Positions 13,401 to 22,332 of a stretch of DNA of 64,000 bases are shown here, in pieces. The position numbers and the translations under genes were made by a program. A model generated the notes under the pieces. It was not told the origin of the DNA and searched no databases. It saw only the letters and a list, made by a program, of their open reading frames with translations. Numbering within the stretch: the stretch's first letter is position 1; every line of letters starts with the position of its first letter. Where the stretch lies: contig NC_069004.1 of the NCBI RefSeq assembly GCF_001194135.2, positions 2,325,040 through 2,389,039 on the forward strand. The letters run 5' to 3'. Origin of the DNA: Octopus bimaculoides (lineage: Eukaryota).

Positions 13401-14722
13401 TCAATATAAACGTGTTCTTTTCAGATCCATTCGAGTCAGATTAATTCCAAAGATGGTCTTCTTTCTGCTATTATTTACATCAAAAGACCCCCTGAAAGTG
13501 AGTATGCATTTCATTTCCTTTCATAGCTTTTCCATTCAATCATATATTTTGTGACTGCTGCCGTTTTTTGCCGCCCTTCCTTTTTATCACCTTTTGGCCA
13601 ATCTAAAGATTACAATCACTGTTAAACAACTTATGTCAGCAAGCTGATAACTAAAATCTTCATGGCATTGTTTATTTTTTCCACTGTGCTCGAAGAACCA
13701 AACCAATTTCCCTTGATGCTTTGCAGACTCACCAACAGTAACAGCAATGCTGTATCAACTCCTTTGCAGGAGTAACAAAATTGCAGGAGTAAAACTCCTT
13801 AGAAGGAAAACATGCGTACCTGAGTGAGGCAGAAAAACTCCTCAATAGAGGGGATAGGAAGACCAAGCTTGCTATCCCTTCAGATTTGATGGAGAAGACA
13901 GCCAGAAGGACCATCGTATAATTTCCAGATGTCCTTGGCCTGGTAGTGCTACTGGAGGGTGCTACCGATTCAAGATAAACTCTACAGGGACAGATGTGCT
14001 TCTTCAAAGTGTGTGTAGAGTGACGAAACCATCCTGCATGTCCCCGTTCAGTGTCCGGGCATTACTGACTTGTGGGGTTATGTTGAACAGCTGCTGTCAC
14101 ATGTGAGACGAATCCATCTGCCAGTTGAGTCTGTAGTGACGATTGCACAGCCATCCTTCTTCAGTTGAGTAGGTAAGGCAGTTTTCCTTTTCCTGGTGGC
14201 TGTGGTGAAAGAGGTTGTTTGGTGGACAAGGCTGAAAGGCGTGAGGAGAGATACATTCCTCTTCAGTAGAACTCGCATTGACTTCTTCAAGTGTCACTCG
14301 AAAAGGAAACTGAGAGTGGAGAGTGAAGTGCTGTCCTTGAGTGAGTTTATTGAAAGGTGAATGAAGGTTGCGAAAATGGCAAGAGTGGATGGTACCTCTC
14401 TAAGTGTAGACCTGTGAGTCAGAGAGAAGGAATTGGAGAGGGCACTTGCTCCTGGGGTTTCAGGGAAATCTCGGACAGTAGGTTTCCTCGATTATCCCTA
14501 GAGGCCTTCCTGTATCAGGAGAGCCACATCTCTGTCATCCTTTCCGCCACTTTTTTTTTAAACCTTTGCATGCTATGAATGTCCCTTCTTTTCCAGTGTA
14601 TACCCTATATACTTGCTTTCTTTCTTTCTTTCTTTTTATCATTTCATTATATGTAAACCCCCACATTTCATGTCTGTCTTTGTAGTGTCCCCCTCATCCC
14701 TCACCCTTGTGGCAAATAAATG

Positions 14723-14753
<31 letters not shown>

Positions 14754-15306
14754 TATTATTATTATTATTAATTTAATCTACAGAATTCCCTTCTCTAATT
14801 ATCCTGCTGTCACTGCTGCTACTGATAACAATTACATTGCTTGTAATCTGTCTTCTCTCAAGAAAACATATTAAATCCATGCTTGTAGGTAAGTGGTTTA
14901 TAGTTTTATATCTTAAATCCATTTTCAGGGAGAGTAATCACCATGGCCCATGGTAATAATGTGACCACTGACTGGCTGGAGAGAACTGTTCTGTGTCCGT
15001 AGAAGGTTAGCTGTGATATGTCATGCATGAGTGTCCACAATCGTTTCTTGCTTGAAGTGGTCAGTCTGAATGCTCAGGGTGGCCTGATCTTAGCGATCTG
15101 TGTTCTGCAGGTGTCCAAGGCAGCTTATGAAATCGAACCAAATTCGATGACTGGCACCCGTGCCAGTGGAGCTCTAACATCATCCGAGCGTGATCATTGG
15201 ATATGACCTTATTTTGTTCATTTTAAAACAAAACTGTCCGACAAACAGGAGCATGAAACTCTGAGTAACAGTTTTGTGATATTTTTGCTGCTTTTTAATA
15301 AAGTAT

Positions 15307-15341
<35 letters not shown>

Positions 15342-15550
15342 TTTGCCTGGTCATTTTTGGTGGTCGTCTCACATCCTCTCCTCTCATTCAGAACCCCTAC
15401 AACAAAATATAATGATTAGGTATGGAAATGATTCCAACTAGGCCAATGTTTCATCTGTAAAAAATGCAACGTGAAACATCCACTTATTAAGTTGGCAATT
15501 AGTAGAAATTTACAACAGTTTACAAAAGTGGCCAAAGACTTTTGCACAGT

Positions 15551-15598
<48 letters not shown>

Positions 15599-17940
15599 CA
15601 TGCAAAGGTGTATGCATATTTGTATTCTGGGTATAGAAATGTACTGAAATGATTGTTATTGTACAAAACAAACAATACGACTTTTGCTGTCATAAATCAA
15701 ATTCATAGTTAACTTCTTTATTAGAAAATGCTAGTCCTGACGTACAAGATTACTGTTGTGGAACACAATTATTATAAGTAGGTTAGTGACAAAATAAAGA
15801 GAAATATTCAGCTAAAACCTGTAACACCTTGTGTAAAAAAATTGTGTCAGGCAAATGAATAATTAGCTTACCTTTTGTTGAAAGCCCACTTCCGTTTAAA
15901 TGAAAGCTGAGTATATCGAACAGATATGACTAAGTGGTAAGACATTTAATGGCTTAGAGTTAGATTCACCCTCTTCGATACCCTGCAATTTCTGAACCAG
16001 GGGCCCTTTACTGGATGCAGTTTAACCCTTTAGCATTCAGATTATTCTATCAAATGAAATGACCGCAGTAGTTCTCTAACTGAACTGGTTGATCCTGGCC
16101 ATTGACAGCTTGTATCTGTTCATCCACTCAGCATTCAGTGAAATTTGTCATTGATTCCAATAAGTCTGTTTGTTGAAATAGTTCACATCCACTATATTGG
16201 AATCCCATGATTTCAACATATCCTAAATATATATATATATATATTTGTATATACTTGTGAGAGTGTGTGTGTGTGTCTGTGTTTCCTTGTCTTGATATCG
16301 TGTGATTGTTGTAAATGAATGTTATTATTACCAATCTTCTACAAAAACTTGTCTGCTCATGGGGGAAATATTACCTTTTTTGTATCTACATCATACTTCT
16401 TCCTCACTTTTTCGAATTTCCATTCATTCTTAAGTTCTCCATTTCTTTTCTTGACAAGTATTGACACTAATTGTTCAAGGAGTTTATATCTTCAGAAATT
16501 CTCCATTTTTACCACAGTTGTTTACTACCTCTTCTATCTGCCATTGCTCTGTTCTCAGTACTTCTCAATCCCATCCTTTCCACCACACTCCTACTAGTAG
16601 CCTTGATCAGATTGTTTGTGTGATGTTCTTTGTTTCAATGTGTCTCAATACATTATTGACTTTATTCATCTCTTGATTTAGTCTCCATTGGTTAACCTTC
16701 TTAAAGTCACACACAAATTTTGTCCCTTCTGTATTTAATAGATCCAAAATTCTTTCTATTATTAATTGATCTTCATTATTTGAGTAGTCACAGATTGCAA
16801 TTCATGATATTATATTCCTGCAAACAATTGTCCATTTCCTCCACTGTACCACTTTCACTTCTCACATGTCCAACATCACCCGACATCCTTCTTTTAATAG
16901 CTTCTTGCTCCAATTTTGTTAACCATCCATTCTTTTGTATTGTTCTTGTTTGGTCACATAATCTCTGTTCAGTAATTTCGAACGGTTCCATTGCCTTCCA
17001 TTCAGTGTGCTTTCATTTATTGTACCCTCTGACAGGCATGCCATTGACATCCACTGGCAGTAACACTCCATAACCATCATGTTTACTCCACCTATGCCTT
17101 ATTATTATTATTATTTATTTTTATAACATGCTTTCACTTCACTACCGAGCGCAGCTCTGTTTGCCTTGGTATGTGCTGTGGTTTGCTGTGATGCTCTTAT
17201 GGTTACTGTATTGAGTGTTTTGCGTAGGATGTGTGCAGTGCCCAGTAGTGCAATTTTCTGTATGTTATATATATTTGTAAGTCCTGGTGTTTTTGTTATG
17301 TATTTGTCTGAATATTTATTATTATTATTTTTTTTTTCCAGGTCAAAAGACATCAGGCACTGTACTCTTAGTGACTTTTCACGAAGATTCCCATGATGAA
17401 CAACTTACCCACATATTGAAAAATGTTTTTGAAAAGAACTTCAAATGGATTGTAGACACGGTTGATGCAAAAGAACACTCCCGTCTGAACAACTATCCCA
17501 CTTTCCAAGAGCAAGCTATTTTCTTTATCATGCCATCTCATTGGAAATGCGATGCAGATTCAAGAGAAATGACAGCGATATTTGTTTTCAATAGTTTATC
17601 TACGAATTCTTCTCTGCCAGCAGCTGTTATCTACCAACAGGCTAAGACAGATATACCGAAATGCTTACATAAACTACCAAAATTTCATATCATAGAAGAC
17701 ATTATGAAAATATTTAAGCATGTGTATAAAACATATGATGTACATAGCAAGTGTTTATCTCTTGTCAAACTCATTTTTTCGCCTGTTCATCAAGACCAAA
17801 TTTATAAATGTTCCACTTGGAAAAAACTGAAAGAATCCATTGAAGGATTGTCAGACTCTGAATGTTTTTGTGAAGACAAAGCCACACAGGGGTCGACGTT
17901 ATTGGCTCCCCACACATTTCAGGCCTTGTTCCTAGAGTAG
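6395..17940 (+). CDS. IL-17 receptor-like (SEFIR-domain) type I membrane protein, 10 coding exons, 571 aa
   Basis: GT-AG exons 6395-6673, 8340-8391, 9103-9261, 10103-10233, 11845-11962, 12262-12407, 12916-12969, 13425-13497, 14784-14888 and 17342-17940 join in phase (1716 nt). Signal peptide WTLVVSLVLLLMAQLGSA|GTCD. Ectodomain PTLNLTISLPKGEALLHTNGVRLDIWS recalls IL17RA FnIII-D1 ([25 protein letters not shown]). TM FPSLIILLSLLLLITITLLVICLL followed by SRKH. Last exon has SEFIR-like elements TVLLVTFHEDSHDEQLTHILKNVF..WIVDTVD, LPKFHIIEDIMKIF and STWKKLKESIE. Family assignment is from remembered motifs, not an HMM search. Confidence 0.75.
9818..10039. mobile_element. piggyBac-like MITE (TTAA TSD); truncated second copy at about 12029-12206
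   Basis: TTAA|CCCTTTAGTGTT ... AACACTAAAGGG|TTAA. The same internal sequence (ggcctctcacacct..acaat/ttg.cattct..aaataaacaatcac) recurs at 12029-12206. Confidence 0.75.
11434..12397. repeat. Perfect 160-bp inverted repeat (11434-11593 / 12238-12397) duplicating most of IL17R-like exon 6 and its 3' splice site
   Basis: 11434-11593 is the exact reverse complement of 12238-12397, checked base by base. The ORF track shows DEKTILATAAIFPLGTIHAILG...SLKNLT on the minus strand at 11418-11615. Confidence 0.9.
13700..14730 (+). mobile_element. Tx1/L1-clade LINE 3' fragment in IL17R-like intron 8 (sense)
   Basis: Degenerate zf-RVT region WRVLPIQDKLYRDRC..C..DETILHVPVQCPGITDLWGYVEQLL, then a 3' UTR, AATAAA at 14715-14720 and an (ATC)n tail. 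Confidence 0.7.
16330..17320 (-). mobile_element. HERO/NeSL-like RLE LINE fragments (3' end 17100-17320 followed by a 5' ORF fragment 16330-17090)
   Basis: IQKIALLGTAHILRKTL plus a (TAA)n tail is the C-terminus. FEITEQRLCDQTRTIQKNGWLTKLEQEAI is the characteristic N-terminal motif. Confidence 0.6.
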
Positions 17941-18321
17941 AATGAAAAAAAAAAACAAAAAAACTCGGTGGCATATTGGCTCCTATTTCTAGCAATCCAT
18001 GTACTGTCTTTTTCACCGTAATGATCTCTATCCTTATAAAAAGCAAAGTTTATTATTTGTGTTCGTATGTTGAGCTTTGAAAACACTAAATATAAAAAGG
18101 AAAGTTTCTTTGTTTCTACATTGACCAATGAAAACACTCAATAAAATTGATGATATTCCAGGTTTTTGACCATTCCACAGATAACTGTGCACTTATTTTC
18201 CGAAAACAGAATGGTGAGAGAGTAAATTGGTGGTGTATTGGCTCCTATTTCTAGCAATCCACGTACTGTATATTTTTTTTAATAGCATGAGTGAGATTAT
18301 ACTATTAATGGAAAGAAAATA

Positions 18322-19491
18322 CCGTAAATCCTCGAGTATAACACGCAGGAGATTTTTAGTGGGGGGGAGCTGTACCTCTGAAAAACCTAAACCTTGTGTA
18401 TAATACGCACCCCTTCTCTAACTTGAGTCAAGGAGGTCTATATAACATCCTTGGTTTGTAAACATATATACAGTACCGTCCTTTATTATTATTGTATATA
18501 TAACAATGCAAACGTGTAGCTTTTTTGTGGACTTTGCTTGCAGAAAATAAATAACAGTAATAACGTCAGTGAAAAATAAATATTAAGTAAATTGGCTTTC
18601 ACATAATTTATCACTATCAGTTACAAAAGCAAAAACATTTATTCAAATCCTTCAAATTCAACGTCACTTTCAGCATCAAATAACTGTTCCATTTGTTCCT
18701 CCGTAAACATGTCAGCATCATTGTTCTGTAAATCTTCGTCATTGTCAGATTCAGAGTCAACATCAGAAGATTCACTTTCATTTATTTCATCTTTCCATAC
18801 AACGTTATCCTGAGTACCATCCAGTGCAGACGATATACATTTGATAAAACTTTTCATAATAATCTGGGGATCAAGTTCATTCCATGCATACACGATCTAT
18901 TTGCATGTCAAAGTAATGTACAAGTTTAAGTCCCGCTTATAAAAAACCATAGTAAAGACCCACAGTAGTTCAAATATTTAATACTGGTATTTTTAATTAA
19001 GTATCTATTTGTTTGCCACGGTAATGATGCAAACTGCCAATACAAAGAGCATGATGAACTACTTAGAGCTTAACTATTAAGCTCAACTAGTGCGTAATTA
19101 AGCCAGCAACACCTGGTTAAACAAACACTCTCGCGCATACGTAATACAATAATGGTGATGATCTTAACTGTTATAGGGGAACGTAAATATGTTTGCAAAT
19201 TGTCTTTGTTACATGTTATTCTGTGTTCTGAATACTTTTGTTTTAATAAATGCTGCTTACTGCAAGTTATGGATGAGTCTTTTATGACTTCATTGCTTTC
19301 AGGCTTAGCTCAAGGTATTTCCGTGCCCGACATCACAAAATGCGTCTGAATAAACATTGCCGGTCAGCAAATAGAGACTCGGACATTGCTTAGAAAATAT
19401 TTTTCATTTTTAACCGCATGTATAGTACGCACTAGGGATTTTGACCTTTAAATTTTGGGGGAAAATGCAGATTATACTCAAGGATTTACGG
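18322..19491 (-). mobile_element. Internally deleted pogo/Tc2-type DNA transposon with intact TIRs and TA TSD
   Basis: TA|CCGTAAATCCTCGAGTATAA ... TTATACTCAAGGATTTACGG|TA. The minus ORF 18639-18893 (AWNELDPQIIMKSFIKCISSALDGTQDNVVW...FEGFE) is a pogo transposase C-terminus. Confidence 0.85.
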
Positions 19492-19505
19492 TAACTACAA
19501 ATGTG

Positions 19506-19649
19506 GGTAAATTTTCAGATTAACACCCGCACGATTTTCACTAGGGTGTTAGGGATAGGGTTTTAAGGTTGGGGTTTTAGGGTTAGGGACGGAATTCCCA
19601 CCCTAACACCCGAGTGAAAATCGTGCGGGTGTTAATCTGAAAATTTACC
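19506..19649. mobile_element. 144-bp Merlin-like MITE with 49-bp TIRs, 8-bp TSD and telomere-like core
   Basis: TIRs 19506-19554 and 19601-19649 match at 48/49 and begin GGTAA. CAAATGTG is duplicated at 19498-19505 and 19650-19657. The core contains TTAGGG-like units. Superfamily is inferred from the GG termini and 8-bp TSD. Confidence 0.7.
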
Positions 19650-20467
19650 CAAATGTGTACCTCCGCCCCCACCGACTTTGTTTCCTCTGAAAAAAATGGA
19701 TTTTTCTTCGATAAAATTTTTAACAAATATATATCAGCTGATATAGCTTACGGTTCTGTCAGAATTGAAAATAAAAAAAAATAAAATGGTGGGGTGGANN
19801 NNNNNNNNNNNNNNNNNNNNNNNNNNNNNNNNNNNNNNNNNNNNNNNNNNNNNNNNNNNNNNNNNNNNNNNNNNNNNNNNNNNNNNNNNNNNNNNNNNNN
19901 NNNNNNNNNNNNNNNNNNNNNNNNNNNNNNNNNNNNNNNNNNNNNNNNNNNNNNNNNNNNNNNNNNNNNNNNNNNNNNNNNNNNNNNNNNNNNNNNNNNN
20001 NNNNNNNNNNNNNNNNNNNNNNNNNNNNNNNNNNNNNNNNNNNNNNNNNNNNNNNNNNNNNNNNNNNNNNNNNNNNNNNNNNNNNNNNNNNNNNNNNNNN
20101 NNNNNNNNNNNNNNNNNNNNNNNNNNNNNNNNNNNNNNNNNNNNNNNNNNNNNNNNNNNNNNNNNNNNNNNNNNNNNNNNNNNNNNNNNNNNNNNNNNNN
20201 NNNNNNNNNNNNNNNNNNNNNNNNNNNNNNNNNNNNNNNNNNNNNNNNNNNNNNNNNNNNNNNNNNNNNNNNNNNNNNNNNNNNNNNNNNNNNNNNNNNN
20301 NNNNNNNNNNNNNNNNNNNNNNNNNNNNNNNNNNNNNCAAACTTCTCATTTATAATAAAAGTGAACATCAAATTAATAACAATTTTAAAACAATCTGAAG
20401 AAATAATATATGGGAACAATTTATAGAATTAGATACAAACGTAAATATCTCTGTATATTTAAACAGA

Positions 20468-21442
20468 TTAAAATTTGTACCCCAACATATAGACCATCCA
20501 TGAAGGAATTTTCAAAAAACCCGGGATCCATTCAGCTTTACTTCTGGAAATCTTGAAGAAGTGAGTGGCAAGAAACCTCAGTGAGCGCAGGGACCACGGC
20601 TTCTTGCCATCAATATCAACAAGACTATATTCGTCTGCCAGATCACCTGTCGGTAATATACGCCCGGTTTTCTTCATCAGGTTCGCTTTGTCACTCAAAA
20701 TTTTAACAATACATTTTCCACTGAATTCGGTGCTCTCTCCGTTCAGAAACCCTTCTCTGATGTGCTCATACCCCTTTGGTAGATCAGATGGGTCAGATGA
20801 GGAGTAAAGGTCCTTTATAGTTTCAGTCTGAACAAAGCCTGGCCACAAACTGAAGCAAGCCACGCCGTGTTTTTTAAGTTCGTGAGCTAAATCAACTGCC
20901 ATTCTGTCGCAAGCTTCTTTGCCGACACCATAAGCGACATTGAATGTATAGACCAGGCCACCACCCGAAGACACAATGACGATGAGCCCAGATTTGCGAG
21001 GAACCATCATTTTAGCAGCATATACTGAACAGATATAATGGTTACGTAACCCAACGTTATTAATGTCGTCCCAGATACTGATCGGTTGTTCCCAAAATGG
21101 TTTGGCAGTCACATCGATTAAAGAATTAACAGCTGAATACGCATTGTTTACCAACAGATCCAGCTGTCCGTTTTGTTCGGACTTTATCTTGTCGAACAGT
21201 CGTTCAATTTCATCATCTTTGGTGTGGTCAACCTGTACTGCAACGCCGCGTCCACCCCGTCCGTTTATCTCTTCGACCGTTTCCTCCAGTGACCCAAGGC
21301 TTTTTTCAGTTTTGCGTAATGTTCGTCCAGTCACATAAACAGTAGCACCAGCTTCACCCAGCTGGACAGCAATACCTTTTCCAATTCCTCTCGTAGCTCC
21401 AGTTACAAGACAAACAAGTCCAGACAAAGGTTTGGCCATCAT
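20468..21442 (-). CDS. DHRS1: Dehydrogenase/reductase SDR family member 1, intronless, 324 aa
   Basis: Uninterrupted ORF from ATG at 21442 (MMAKPLSGLVCLVTGATRGIGKGIA). Rossmann TGxxxGIG, LDLLVNNAY, catalytic YGVGK, and DHRS1-type FWEQP, WDDINNVGLRNHYICS, SLWPGFVQTE and GESTEFSGKCI. Confidence 0.95.
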   Translation of the reverse strand: MMAKPLSGLVCLVTGATRGIGKGIAVQLGEAGATVYVTGRTLRKTEKSLGSLEETVEEINGRGGRGVAVQVDHTKDDEIERLFDKIKSEQNGQLDLLVNNAYSAVNSLIDVTAKPFWEQPISIWDDINNVGLRNHYICSVYAAKMMVPRKSGLIVIVSSGGGLVYTFNVAYGVGKEACDRMAVDLAHELKKHGVACFSLWPGFVQTETIKDLYSSSDPSDLPKGYEHIREGFLNGESTEFSGKCIVKILSDKANLMKKTGRILPTGDLADEYSLVDIDGKKPWSLRSLRFLATHFFKISRSKAEWIPGFLKIPSWMVYMLGYKF

Positions 21443-22332
21443 GCGAGCTTCGGTGTATATTAGTCGGAACGAATACCTAGACCAGCAAAGCAAACACCCC
21501 GGTGTGAACTCAACAGCATCCCCACTTTATATTTATATAAAAAGAAAAAAACTATGGAAACCAAACGTTGCAAAAAATGAAAGTAATTTTATTTTTAGTT
21601 TCTAAAGTATTCAGAAATTAAGCAATAAACCGATAAATATTTCAACATTATTGAGCTGGTATTGTTCATAGACTAATGCTTTTATAATTGATCTAAGCGT
21701 GGTCTGTAGTCGACAGGAGATAATAAAAATAGTGATCGAATTGTTTATTTCCCTTCTACACTGCCTTATTTATTGACTTATATTGCATGGCTGCTGCCTC
21801 AGGCCAGATATATGAAGATGGGTGTGTAGCAAACTCATAAGAGGCGGAGAGAGAACATAGGTTCGTTTGCCCGAACAGGTGGAATTGTTGATTGCTCATT
21901 GGTTAAATTAACAAAATTTTCACGGAACTGGAAGGCAAAAAAAGTATTTCGAACAGAAAAATTCTTTCAAAGAAGGAAACAAGCATCCAATTCCTTGTTC
22001 TATTCCTTCTCCATGTGATAGTCATAACCATTACAAAAGTCTGCAAGTAAAATCACTTCGATCTTGAAATGAGAGACCGGCCCTGTTTTCGAGGATCGTT
22101 CTATGAAATTACAAGTTCATTAATGTTCTAAACACCAGCATAATAAATATTAAGTTGTTTTACTAAATTCTTCATTATTTTCAAAATTAAATTAAACAAA
22201 GACAAAGTACTTCGACAGAAATACTGTGTGAAAAAGCTTAAGTTTATGGACTATTATTTTAGTGTGGACGTTCTACAAGCTACACCGACTAATTGAATTT
22301 CTGCGAACTTTTTCATCACAAGCTAAAAAGAA
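21443..22332. promoter_or_regulatory. Putative bidirectional promoter between DHRS1 (-) and TRMT11 (+)
   Basis: Divergent start codons 890 bp apart. The interval has no recognisable SINEs or microsatellites, unlike the surrounding DNA. Confidence 0.6.

Noticed and set aside
19544-19588. Chromosome end or fusion site suggested by TTAGGG units
   Set aside because: Only a few degenerate units, enclosed by TIRs and an 8-bp TSD, so they belong to a MITE.
7196-20426. Long ORFs of 176-302 aa in the ORF track around 7.2, 8.2, 10.4 and 19.8 kb
   Set aside because: They are long only because N gaps translate as X. The one real coding piece among them is IL17R-like exon 2 (8340-8391).
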